From a virus: a stretch of 49,318 nucleotides of DNA. Positions 20,081-28,912 of the stretch are shown here, one piece after another. The stretch spans positions 1 through 49,318 of IMG/VR virus record IMGVR_UViG_3300035137_000063. One strand, written 5' to 3'. A model generated the notes under the pieces. The model saw only the letters and a program-made list of their open reading frames with translations. It searched no databases and had not been told where the DNA came from. The stretch's first letter is position 1. Each line of letters starts with the position of its first letter. A program made the position numbers and the translations under genes.

Positions 20081-20889
20081 AACGGCACCATCTCCAGGAC
20101 AGCATACCAGTCGGTGCCGTGCGTGTCACCGGTGTAGCTGACCGTGGACACCATAAACCGACCATCAATCGATGCCGACACCAACCTGACTTTGCGCCTT
20201 GGTTTGAGCCCGGGCTGTATCAAAGACACAGCTCTTACCTTTCCCTCCTCACCCGGCTCGGGTGAGCCTATGAGTCCGGAGTCCGGCGCAAGCACCACAG
20301 CCTCTGTGCCGTAGGGTTGACCTTTTTTGGTCACCTCGAGAGCACCATCCTGCACGCGCCAGTCCAGTCCCCCCGTCTTGCACAGGCTGTCCAGCACATC
20401 CTTCGCCCTGCCGAATATGGCATCACCGTTGGCGTATTCTCCCACCCGACGCTGAAAATCAGACTGCGACAGATCGGCCAGATTACCCACATCGACAAGG
20501 ATCTGCTTGCCGATCTGCTTGATCATGTCGACGATCTTGGTCCCCTCCTTGAACGAGAAGGACACTTTTGTTGAGCGCAACGCCCTGCCGCCGTCGGCGG
20601 ACTCCAGACGGGTGATCCAGTCAGGGCCTTCCCTCGCCTGCACCACACGTTCGATGTCGCCGTAGAAAATCACATCGGTCTGTCCATCGACATAGCCGGC
20701 CTCGATCTGCACGGTCAGATCCTTCTCCTGTGAGAGACGGGCCCTGCTGTCTGGCGATAGATTATATACAGTATACTGCAGTTTGTTAGGCGTGCTGTCG
20801 CTGGTGTGATCGGCCTTGAACTGCTGGCGCAGATCCGCCACTTCGATACCACCAAGATTGGCCACACATGTGCGACGGAACAGGGTCAC
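20077..20889 (-). CDS. Baseplate hub protein
   Basis: 270 aa. Called from its position between the plug-like and spike genes; no motif was verified. Confidence 0.45.
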   Translation of the reverse strand: MTLFRRTCVANLGGIEVADLRQQFKADHTSDSTPNKLQYTVYNLSPDSRARLSQEKDLTVQIEAGYVDGQTDVIFYGDIERVVQAREGPDWITRLESADGGRALRSTKVSFSFKEGTKIVDMIKQIGKQILVDVGNLADLSQSDFQRRVGEYANGDAIFGRAKDVLDSLCKTGGLDWRVQDGALEVTKKGQPYGTEAVVLAPDSGLIGSPEPGEEGKVRAVSLIQPGLKPRRKVRLVSASIDGRFMVSTVSYTGDTHGTDWYAVLEMVPL

Positions 20890-21209
20890 AGCTCGTCCTC
20901 CTCGTAATATAGGGGGACAAAGATCTTCCCTATATCGTATCGACCGGGCTCGGTATCACCCGCGTTGGTGTTGCGAAAGACAATCTCACCAGGAGGCCTT
21001 GCACTGTCAGCAACCCTTCTCAACAACGGCCAATCCGGCACTACACGCAACCCAGAAACGATCGCGGTATCGTCCTCCTGCGCCACCGACAGGTACCAGG
21101 ATCCTTCGCGCTCGTTCCAGTCCATGCCCAAGCGGTAGCGCACACCCTCTAATTTGACCGTCACCGTGTAGTGGGGATCGACAGAGTCCAAGGGGAGCAC
21201 GAGTGCCAT
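20886..21209 (-). CDS. Hypothetical baseplate-associated protein (plug position)
   Basis: 107-aa ORF, translationally coupled on both sides. Confidence 0.4.
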   Translation of the reverse strand: MALVLPLDSVDPHYTVTVKLEGVRYRLGMDWNEREGSWYLSVAQEDDTAIVSGLRVVPDWPLLRRVADSARPPGEIVFRNTNAGDTEPGRYDIGKIFVPLYYEEDEL

Positions 21210-21210
21210 A

Positions 21211-21795
21211 TCAGCCTCCCAGCAAATTGCCTATGGATAAGAGCAGGGTCTCATTGGCCTCTGTGGATTCACTAGTCTTTGCCGCTTTTTGGCCCTTTGC
21301 CTTCCGGCTGGCGCCCCTTGCGGTCTTGGGTGTCGGCGCATCCACGGTGCGCGTGCTGACCGCCACTATCTCCCTGAAGGTCAAATGCAGATGCGCTGCC
21401 TTGCCTTTGGTGTGATCATGCCCCCTCTCGATGCCGACAAGTTGCATGCTCTCGTAATAGTCGTCCACGGCAAACACCAGCAGGTTGGCTTTGTCTGTCA
21501 TCCATTGGTGCAGCTTGTCGTACGAGTCATAGACATATGTGGATGAACGGGAGGCCCAGGCCAACAAACTTGTAGGAACTCCCGATATGATCCCAACCAT
21601 ATCCAGCTCGCGCGGTTGTGTAGTAACATGATCGGCAATGACGGATCCCTCTTCTACCGGGTGCTGCGTGACATCGGCCGTGCGCCGATTAGTGCTTTCG
21701 GATATCGCATCAAAGGATACGTAGTCGTAGTCCGGCGCATTTGTCTGATCGACAAACAGATAGCGCACACTGAGACCTTGCAGCAGGTTGCTCAT
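21211..21795 (-). CDS. Tail tube initiator / Dit-like protein
   Basis: 194 aa, immediately downstream of the tape measure gene. Has a basic K/A-rich C-terminal tail. Confidence 0.4.
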   Translation of the reverse strand: MSNLLQGLSVRYLFVDQTNAPDYDYVSFDAISESTNRRTADVTQHPVEEGSVIADHVTTQPRELDMVGIISGVPTSLLAWASRSSTYVYDSYDKLHQWMTDKANLLVFAVDDYYESMQLVGIERGHDHTKGKAAHLHLTFREIVAVSTRTVDAPTPKTARGASRKAKGQKAAKTSESTEANETLLLSIGNLLGG

Positions 21796-23348
21796 TGTCC
21801 AGTTACCTGCGGTGCAAACACACGCATGGCCTCGCGCCTTTCGGCGGCGGACACGCTCTCGGCGGCCTTGCGTCCTGCCATGTCCGCCACTTCGGCCGAG
21901 CTCGTGCCGGCCGGCGGGTTGATGGTTTGTTGGACGGTCACATTGCTCTGCACCGACGGACCCTTTGCGGAGATTGCCGCCTCCCGCTCGGCAGGTAGAG
22001 GTACCCCTATACCTGCTTTATACCCCAGACGATTTAAAGCTTCTACTCCAAGTATGCTGTTGATCCAACCAAGGGCTCCTTCTGCGGCTTTAGCCCCAGG
22101 CAACGCTTTGGTTATGCTCTGCAATTTTTCAAAAGAAAAGGGACCGCGACCATAGACCAGATCACCTATAGGTCCTGCGAGCTTTTTGGATAACTTATCC
22201 AGGCTTTCGTTTACCCAATCTATGGCTTTTGCGATAGCTTGAAAGAAAAGCGCCATATATCCATTCTCAGGATCCATAGGCGCTTCGGCAAGCATACTGT
22301 ACAACTCTTTGAGCCATTCCACTACTTGTCCAGTGACAGACCTCTTGCCCTCAAAGAACCCTACTATGTCCTCGATAGCAAGGAACGCTGCAATGGCCAA
22401 CGCGGGCCACACACCAAGCAGCATCGACAACAGACCCATGATGCCGGCTACAAGCAGCAACTTGCGCTGTAATGGATCCAGCACACCTAGCAGGCTCTTG
22501 AGCCCGTGAAACATGAACTGCGCAAACTCTCCAGCGCGTTGCAGGGCGCGACCGGCAATGGACAAGGCATCCGATATATTGGAAGCCAGCCATTTCTGGT
22601 TGACTACCAGCCACTCCTTGATGGCCTTGGCCGTGGCCAGCATACCGGGCAAGAGCCCCTTGACGATGCTATCACGTACTCCTCCTATGGCCTGCCACAT
22701 GCGCATCGATTCGTCCTTGTAGGAAACAGTCATCCTGATCAAGTCTTCATCGATGACCGCACCTAAAGCGCGCGCCTCCTCCCTCATGGATTGCAAACCT
22801 TGCTTACCGTTCTTGAGCATGTTGACAATGGCAACGCCCTCGGAATCGAAAAGCTTGAAGGTTAGCCTCAGCCGTTTGTTGGAGTCCCTCACATTGCCCA
22901 TGGCTCCGGCCACGTCCATGAACAAGTCCTCGGTGCTGCGCAAACTGCCATCGCTATTGCGCAGCTGTATACCCAGCTCTCTCAACGCGTCCTTGGCTTC
23001 CCCTTTCCCTTCCGCCGCCTCGGCGGCACGACGCGCCATGCGCTGCAGACCCATATTGAACGACTGCACAGCGACACCCGATAGATTCGCCGCATGATGA
23101 AATTCTTGCAAAGCATCGGTCGACACTCCGAGTTTGCTTGATGTCTTGTCTATGGCATGTCCGGTGTCGACTACCGCTTGTGTCATTCGGTAAAAACCAT
23201 ACACACCCGCTCCACCTAAAGCCATACGACTAAGCGTCAACAGGCCGTCACGCATTTTGTCGACAGCTCTGTTAGCCTTGGACCAGGATTTCTTGTCCAG
23301 CTTGAAACCGAACAGCGATATGACTTCTCTGAGAGGTTGGCCCGGCAT
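21792..23348 (-). CDS. Tail tape measure protein
   Basis: 518 aa, helical and Ala/Gly/Leu-rich, with a hydrophobic central block. Segments VDTGHAIDKTSSKLGVSTDALQEF...LSGV. Lies downstream of the chaperone pair. Confidence 0.8.
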   Translation of the reverse strand: MPGQPLREVISLFGFKLDKKSWSKANRAVDKMRDGLLTLSRMALGGAGVYGFYRMTQAVVDTGHAIDKTSSKLGVSTDALQEFHHAANLSGVAVQSFNMGLQRMARRAAEAAEGKGEAKDALRELGIQLRNSDGSLRSTEDLFMDVAGAMGNVRDSNKRLRLTFKLFDSEGVAIVNMLKNGKQGLQSMREEARALGAVIDEDLIRMTVSYKDESMRMWQAIGGVRDSIVKGLLPGMLATAKAIKEWLVVNQKWLASNISDALSIAGRALQRAGEFAQFMFHGLKSLLGVLDPLQRKLLLVAGIMGLLSMLLGVWPALAIAAFLAIEDIVGFFEGKRSVTGQVVEWLKELYSMLAEAPMDPENGYMALFFQAIAKAIDWVNESLDKLSKKLAGPIGDLVYGRGPFSFEKLQSITKALPGAKAAEGALGWINSILGVEALNRLGYKAGIGVPLPAEREAAISAKGPSVQSNVTVQQTINPPAGTSSAEVADMAGRKAAESVSAAERREAMRVFAPQVTGQ

Positions 23349-23608
23349 CAGTCGGTACCCTCCTGCGCCTGACGCTGATCAAGCAGCCAATGCGCCGTAT
23401 GCAGATCCACCAGGCTCCAATGGCTCTCTATCTCGCGCAGGGTGGCCATGCCTGCGTCCACTATGCGCCATTTGTGCCACTGCACGGCGGCTGGGATCTC
23501 GATCAGCCCTCTGGCTCCTGGCCGGACTGGCGCATTTCCGAGCCAGCGATAGCCTCGAAGGCACCGGAAAAATCCCGATACTGCACCTGCAGCGCAAACC
23601 ATAACCAT
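23348..23608 (-). CDS. -1 frame extension of the tail assembly chaperone (gpT-like part of a G/GT pair)
   Basis: The ORF overlaps the 3' end of 23503..23967 in the -1 frame and ends 1 nt into the tape measure start codon. Confidence 0.55.
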   Translation of the reverse strand: MVMVCAAGAVSGFFRCLRGYRWLGNAPVRPGARGLIEIPAAVQWHKWRIVDAGMATLREIESHWSLVDLHTAHWLLDQRQAQEGTD

Positions 23609-23967
23609 TTGGCCAACAAGCAGAGCTCCCCCCGGAAATGCGCTGCATAGCTTTTGGTAAGAGGCTTGTTATCGACATCAGACACCTCTACCAATCTTCT
23701 CACAATATTGTGGATGGTGTCCTTGTGCAGCTTGCCTACCAGCACCCTGAGGAGCAAGGCCACAGCCCTACCTGACTCTTCATCCTCGGCCCCATCCTCC
23801 CTGAGACCGGTAACAATGTCCGACGCACTGCCTGCAGCAAGCAGCTCGGCCACGGGCTCCCCTAGCATTCCGACAAGATCGACAAGCACATCAATTGCCG
23901 TGTCGACTGTGAGCATGCGCACGGTATAAGTGTGCTCGCCTATCCTTTTGCTTTCTGAGTCTCTCAT
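23503..23967 (-). CDS. Tail assembly chaperone (gpG-like)
   Basis: 154 aa and acidic, located between the tube and tape measure genes. Confidence 0.65.
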   Translation of the reverse strand: MRDSESKRIGEHTYTVRMLTVDTAIDVLVDLVGMLGEPVAELLAAGSASDIVTGLREDGAEDEESGRAVALLLRVLVGKLHKDTIHNIVRRLVEVSDVDNKPLTKSYAAHFRGELCLLAKWLWFALQVQYRDFSGAFEAIAGSEMRQSGQEPEG

Positions 23968-24398
23968 GTCGCCTCGTTGCCATGGCCAATGAGTCCGTCA
24001 AGATCCTCGATACGGAACACCCATGCCCGGGTTGTCGCCGCCTTGTTGAATTCCACATCAGGGCGCTTCTCAATCCAGGCCGATGTCCCTGCCAACAGAG
24101 TAGTGCCGTTAGTGTCGCGCACCATCATTGGATAGACACCTGCCCCGGTTAATCTATCCACAGTCTGAATTGCACTGAGCTCCGTGTTCTTCTCGGATGA
24201 TTGCGAAAGCGTTACGGTTACCATCGCATCGTTAGCATTGTTCTTGCTACGCGTACCCCCGCCGTCGGCGTTCCTGGAGTACTCCCAAAGATTCTCCGGC
24301 CATTCGATACGTATACCTCCCTCTTCCCCATAACCACCCATCTCCACAGGCCCGAATATAGCCTGCACCTCAGCCAGATTGTAGTTGCGAACTGTCAC
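23964..24398 (-). CDS. Tail tube protein
   Basis: 144 aa. GTG start with AAGGAGG 7 nt upstream, directly after the sheath gene. Confidence 0.7.
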   Translation of the reverse strand: MTVRNYNLAEVQAIFGPVEMGGYGEEGGIRIEWPENLWEYSRNADGGGTRSKNNANDAMVTVTLSQSSEKNTELSAIQTVDRLTGAGVYPMMVRDTNGTTLLAGTSAWIEKRPDVEFNKAATTRAWVFRIEDLDGLIGHGNEAT

Positions 24399-24410
24399 CG
24401 GAGCACCTCC

Positions 24411-25727
24411 TTAGTACGAGAGCGATCCCGCAATCACCATGCTATGCACGGCACCGGCATACTGCCCGAAAAAGGACACGTCGTTGAGTACGCGCGCAAT
24501 CTTGTCCGCATCTGACACATTGCTGATCACAGGCATAATCACGCCTGTGGATCCAGCCACAAGCACATTGCGCTTTTCGGCGAGCTGCAAGCTGCCCTGC
24601 ATGGCCGTCTGGATAATGCCGAGTCCGCCAATGGTATAAGGCACCTTGCGTGTGCCAACGACCAGTGCAAAGAGATCAGCCTGCATCGTGCTGATCAGCC
24701 ATCCATTGCCGCGCACCACATCGATCCATTCGCCGCTGGCCGTCTTGCCTTCCCAGGTGACATTGACCCCACCCATGGCCACGTAGTAGTTGCCGTACTT
24801 GCCATGCACATTGCTTTTCTCTGTGGTCGTCATGGACACGGCGGATACACCCGAAATCGTCTTGAGTGCCCAGCTCTGTCCACCAGGGTTGAAGGGGAAT
24901 GACTCGGCCATTGCACCGGCACCCAAATACTGGCTGGGATCATCCGAGTACCAGATAGCAGTCTGCACATGGGACAGTGCCTTTTCCGTGCTCATGATGT
25001 CCGTGCTGCCGCTGCCCAAGCAATCCGTGTCTCCGGTGGTGGGGCAGAACAGCTTTTTGTTGGTCTCTGCCCAGGCCGCCACAGCTGTGATTGCCGCCGC
25101 ATCGTGCGCCTCGATGGCCAATCCGTAGAAGTCGTCGTCCTCCAAGACGATCGCCGCAAGATCCGTGGCATAGCCGGGATCCGTGGTCTCGTCATCACGC
25201 TCCCATTGCCGCGTGCCCGCATCGCAGGAAAGCTTGATCTGGTGGTAGGTGCCAGCGGCATCCGCATCCAGCTGTATGTACGTCGAGTTGTCGGTGGCCG
25301 TGACAGCCACGCTACCGGCGTTGATTACCGTCTCGAGTCCTGCTGTGATCTCGGCCTCGGTCGCGGTGGCATCCGCTTCATACTCGAATTCGGTGCCGTC
25401 TATCTCGACCGTGTACACGGCATTGTTGACGGCCGTGGGAGTGCACTTGATACTCTGCGCGACAGGCGTCTCCCCCAGGCGTCCGATCTTGAGCGTCGGC
25501 GGCCGCGGGTTCTGACTAGCGACAGCCACTGCCATCAGATAAGCGGAATCCGTCGTCGCAAAACCATCCGTCACCATGTCTGTAAGCACCGTGGCCATGC
25601 TGTACTCGCGCACGCGCTCCGGCCAATTGGTGTGATAGGCCAACAGCATGATGGTACCGAACCCCGCACGCGTTACCGATGCGCCCTGCACTGTGATTGT
25701 GACATTGATCAAAGAGTCAAGCGACAT
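24411..25727 (-). CDS. Contractile tail sheath protein (DUF3383-like)
   Basis: 438 aa from ATG 25727 (GGAGG 5 nt upstream; the ORF-track TTG start is at 25739). Starts SLDSLINVTITVQGASVTRAGFGT..., and the size and position fit a sheath protein. Confidence 0.75.
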   Translation of the reverse strand: MSLDSLINVTITVQGASVTRAGFGTIMLLAYHTNWPERVREYSMATVLTDMVTDGFATTDSAYLMAVAVASQNPRPPTLKIGRLGETPVAQSIKCTPTAVNNAVYTVEIDGTEFEYEADATATEAEITAGLETVINAGSVAVTATDNSTYIQLDADAAGTYHQIKLSCDAGTRQWERDDETTDPGYATDLAAIVLEDDDFYGLAIEAHDAAAITAVAAWAETNKKLFCPTTGDTDCLGSGSTDIMSTEKALSHVQTAIWYSDDPSQYLGAGAMAESFPFNPGGQSWALKTISGVSAVSMTTTEKSNVHGKYGNYYVAMGGVNVTWEGKTASGEWIDVVRGNGWLISTMQADLFALVVGTRKVPYTIGGLGIIQTAMQGSLQLAEKRNVLVAGSTGVIMPVISNVSDADKIARVLNDVSFFGQYAGAVHSMVIAGSLSY

Positions 25728-25728
25728 G

Positions 25729-26331
25729 TCAGCCTCCAAACGGCTCGTCGTCTATGTCCAGATCGCCGGTGCCGGATTGACCCGACATGTCCGACGACAC
25801 ATACAAGGTGCCTATGCTCGTCGCATACTCTGCCGGATCAATCACGAAGGCTAATCCGCAGCGCATGTCAAAAATTGCACGATCCACAAAAGAGCCTTCC
25901 GCCAACGGAGGCAGACTCCTCACAGGCATTGCATCACGCACGCTCAATCCGGCGCTATTCAATGTGCTGATGGTGTCCCTGAGACCAAGGGATGCATGCG
26001 CAATGGACAACAACGCCACAGCATTGCTATCGAAATCGATCTCGCTGTCCCCGTCATGCGATACAAACGCTTGGCATGATATGGTCATCTCATGATCGGT
26101 GACGGCCTTCTCGTAGACACCCGTCCCGGGAGCATCCTCGGACACTCGCCGCAAATCGGTTCCGCCCACCTGCACAGGGCCTGCTGTCACCCCGAGCGTG
26201 GCATAGGGATAGCTGCCCCTCGGGTGATCCTGGTTCTCCCACCATACCGGTATGTCCAGCTGCCCGTACAGCCATGTGTACAAGGCGTCAAATGCCGTGG
26301 TCCAATCGAATGGGACAAGGCCTGCCATCAA
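25729..26331 (-). CDS. Tail terminator / neck protein
   Basis: 200 aa, between the connector genes and the sheath gene. ATGA coupling. Confidence 0.5.
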   Translation of the reverse strand: MMAGLVPFDWTTAFDALYTWLYGQLDIPVWWENQDHPRGSYPYATLGVTAGPVQVGGTDLRRVSEDAPGTGVYEKAVTDHEMTISCQAFVSHDGDSEIDFDSNAVALLSIAHASLGLRDTISTLNSAGLSVRDAMPVRSLPPLAEGSFVDRAIFDMRCGLAFVIDPAEYATSIGTLYVSSDMSGQSGTGDLDIDDEPFGG

Positions 26332-26696
26332 CGTTCAACCTTGGTCGCCCAATAGCGGTAGTGTGATCCGTCGCCTGCCCAATAGGCCTCGGCATCCACC
26401 TCGAACAGCACGCCATTGCGTACAAATCTGTCACCGATTGTGCCGGCCTCCGGCGATCCTATGCGCAAGGCCGTGATGCTGTAGATCTTGACCTTCTCTT
26501 TCGTGCGCGATCCTTCCGGTAGAAGCATTCTCTCCCTGGACGACAATGGCTGCACGACCACGCGCGCTGTAAAAGTGGAGGTCGTCCCAGGCACCACGCG
26601 CCCATATGATGACGAAGGGGTACCAGCCCTTGTGAACTCAATCGCCTGGGCCTCGGCGAGTATCGCCTCATTTAGCACCGCGCACCTCGTGCACAA
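26328..26696 (-). CDS. Head closure / head-tail adaptor protein
   Basis: About 116-122 aa, with an alternative GTG start at 26678. Called from synteny. Confidence 0.45.
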   Translation of the reverse strand: MCTRCAVLNEAILAEAQAIEFTRAGTPSSSYGRVVPGTTSTFTARVVVQPLSSRERMLLPEGSRTKEKVKIYSITALRIGSPEAGTIGDRFVRNGVLFEVDAEAYWAGDGSHYRYWATKVER

Positions 26697-27177
26697 TCGA
26701 ATTGACCATCAGACCGAGATCCATCAGGGGAGTGTCGCCGCTCTTGCCGTGTTTGAAACGTCTCGCCCGAGCCTTTTTTGTGGCTTCTGTCAATGGTGGA
26801 TCAATGTGCTTTTGTATACGACTCTTCATGCCGGAAGCTATGAGCTCTCCCAATTGACCAAGCGCCTGTCTCTCGGTGATCCTGCCTTTTACCACTTGCT
26901 TGGCCAGGCGCAGTTTCCATCTTAGGACGAGCTGCCTGTTCTCATCCACCCACGCACGGTTCCAGCTGCGCGCCGGAATGCTGCCGTCCTCGCGCCCAAA
27001 CTCATGCACGCCGGCGAGCTTCACGTTAGTCAACGGCTCTTTTTTACCTTCCTCCTTGGGTCTTTTCTCACTGCTCTCCAACACACCCACGGCTACGGTG
27101 TAGCCCTTGAATCCCTTGACGATTTTCGCAAGCGCCTTGTAGCCATGATCCTTGTCAATTATTCCGGCCGCCATCAC
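26668..27177 (-). CDS. HK97 gp10-like neck protein
   Basis: 169 aa. Segments AGVHEFGREDGSIPARSW and DTPLMDLGLMVNSI. Confidence 0.55.
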   Translation of the reverse strand: MMAAGIIDKDHGYKALAKIVKGFKGYTVAVGVLESSEKRPKEEGKKEPLTNVKLAGVHEFGREDGSIPARSWNRAWVDENRQLVLRWKLRLAKQVVKGRITERQALGQLGELIASGMKSRIQKHIDPPLTEATKKARARRFKHGKSGDTPLMDLGLMVNSIVHEVRGAK

Positions 27178-27530
27178 ACCCGCCTATCTGGAAACACCGA
27201 TCCGCGCAAGGAGAGATACATTTGACCCCACACTGTGGACATCAGCACGGCGTCCCTGGCTGCCACAGAGCCTACAGCAAATGTCGTAGAGACATCCCCC
27301 ACCTTGCGTTGCACAATAGGCCCCGTGCCTGATGATGCTCCCGCACCGGCCCTCTCTGCCAATGTGACGTAATGCGCGGCAAGATATTGCGTGGCGCTGT
27401 CCGCCTTGTCGCCATACGCTGCGGTGTTGATGCTCAAGCGTGCCTTGGCGATCCAAGATTCTACGACGACATCCGACACTGAAGCCAGTTCCGTGGCCAT
27501 GCCCTTGATGTCTGCAGCGGACACAGCCAT
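27174..27530 (-). CDS. Head-tail connector protein (DUF4054-like)
   Basis: 118 aa. Segments ADIKGMATELASVSDVVVESWI and YLAAHYVTL. Confidence 0.5.
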   Translation of the reverse strand: MAVSAADIKGMATELASVSDVVVESWIAKARLSINTAAYGDKADSATQYLAAHYVTLAERAGAGASSGTGPIVQRKVGDVSTTFAVGSVAARDAVLMSTVWGQMYLSLRGSVFPDRRV

Positions 27531-27538
27531 GATCGACC

Positions 27539-27901
27539 TCAGCTCTCCTCAGATCCGCGACGCCCTTCGTTCAGGACAGAGATCTGCCTGTCAATTGCCT
27601 TGGCGACCTTGGCGCGTCTTTCTGACTCCCGCCATTCCTCGAGTTGTTTGATATCAAGCGTGCCTTTGACAAGCTCAAGGGCTTTGAGAGGAGCCATGCC
27701 GGCAAGACCCTTGCCGTTGTCCGTCTTTCCGCGCTCGATCAGCGTCTTGCCCAGGCGCCTTTTCACAAAGCCCGTCTTGAGCGCATGTTCCCAATACTCC
27801 TCCTGCACGGCATTGATACCCGGTTTGAGCTGCAGGAAACCCAGCTCCTTCGGTATGGCCGGACCTAGGACACGCGCTTCCTTGTTTTCCACCAAGATCA
27901 T
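27539..27901 (-). CDS. Hypothetical head-module protein
   Basis: 120-aa ORF directly after the capsid gene. Confidence 0.5.
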   Translation of the reverse strand: MILVENKEARVLGPAIPKELGFLQLKPGINAVQEEYWEHALKTGFVKRRLGKTLIERGKTDNGKGLAGMAPLKALELVKGTLDIKQLEEWRESERRAKVAKAIDRQISVLNEGRRGSEES

Positions 27902-27910
27902 GCGGACCTC

Positions 27911-28852
27911 TCAGATGTCGTCCATGTACAAGCACGACAACGGATAGTAGAAGATCACACCACCGTGCCGCATATGGCATGGGGTCTTGTACGAAAGGTT
28001 TTCCTGTTGAACAGCCAGCATCTCAAACTCCTGCGGGAGCTCGAGGGTGACCTTTTCCGGACTGCGTTTGTATGTCACCATGCGCGGCCCGGTGCCGGCA
28101 TCGTCGGCGGTCTTTAGCCGATTCCAGCTGCCGACCGTCTTGATCCATGGACTGGTCGACAGATGGAACTTCAAGATCGTGTTGCTCGGATTGCTGTCGC
28201 TGTCGGACATCGGCTTGGTGGAGATGTGCCCGTATTCGAGCGTCGGCAGGAGCTGCGTGTCGGGCTCCTCGACCTCCTTGGTGAGATCGATAATGTAGTT
28301 GGCCGCATACGACAAATCGTACAGAATCTGCGCGGCCGTTTTGCTGTCGGCAATCCACCGCGTGCCTGCACCGGGATCATCAGCGCTGATGAGGGTCACG
28401 TTAGCGTTGTTCAGGAACCCACCCAGACCGGCATCAGAATCGCCCTCGGCTCCGATACGCTCGGTGGTGACGGCCATACCTCTTACGGCCGCCATCTGCT
28501 CGCGATAGTCCAAACGCTTGCCGGTGGCCTGCGAGGCCCGAATGTCCATCAGCGAATAGATGAAAGCAATGCCAAGCGATCGCACAGGGCTGCTGTATTC
28601 ACGCGCCTTGATGTTGGCGACAGGCAGATCATCCGCATAGTTGCTGATGATCTTTGCCACCCCCGTCTGATCGTATTGCCGATAGGTGATCGTCTGGGCA
28701 TACGATCCCGCTTCGTTGCTGACAGGCACAATGCTGCGGATCTTCAAAACCTCTCGCAGGATGTCATAGGTCTTCGCCTTGATGTGCTCGAGCTCACGGG
28801 CAAAGAAGATCTGCTCATTGGCGTCCAGATTTGTCAGGTGTCCCAGGTGCAT
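27911..28852 (-). CDS. Major capsid protein (DUF2184 / HK97-fold type)
   Basis: 313 aa. Starts NEQIFFARELEHIKAKTYD, and lies after the scaffold and decoration genes. Confidence 0.8.
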   Translation of the reverse strand: MHLGHLTNLDANEQIFFARELEHIKAKTYDILREVLKIRSIVPVSNEAGSYAQTITYRQYDQTGVAKIISNYADDLPVANIKAREYSSPVRSLGIAFIYSLMDIRASQATGKRLDYREQMAAVRGMAVTTERIGAEGDSDAGLGGFLNNANVTLISADDPGAGTRWIADSKTAAQILYDLSYAANYIIDLTKEVEEPDTQLLPTLEYGHISTKPMSDSDSNPSNTILKFHLSTSPWIKTVGSWNRLKTADDAGTGPRMVTYKRSPEKVTLELPQEFEMLAVQQENLSYKTPCHMRHGGVIFYYPLSCLYMDDI

Positions 28853-28912
28853 CTCTGCGGCTCCTTTTCAAGCACTCCAGGCACCCGTCCCCGTGGGCAC
28901 CGAAAAATACGC

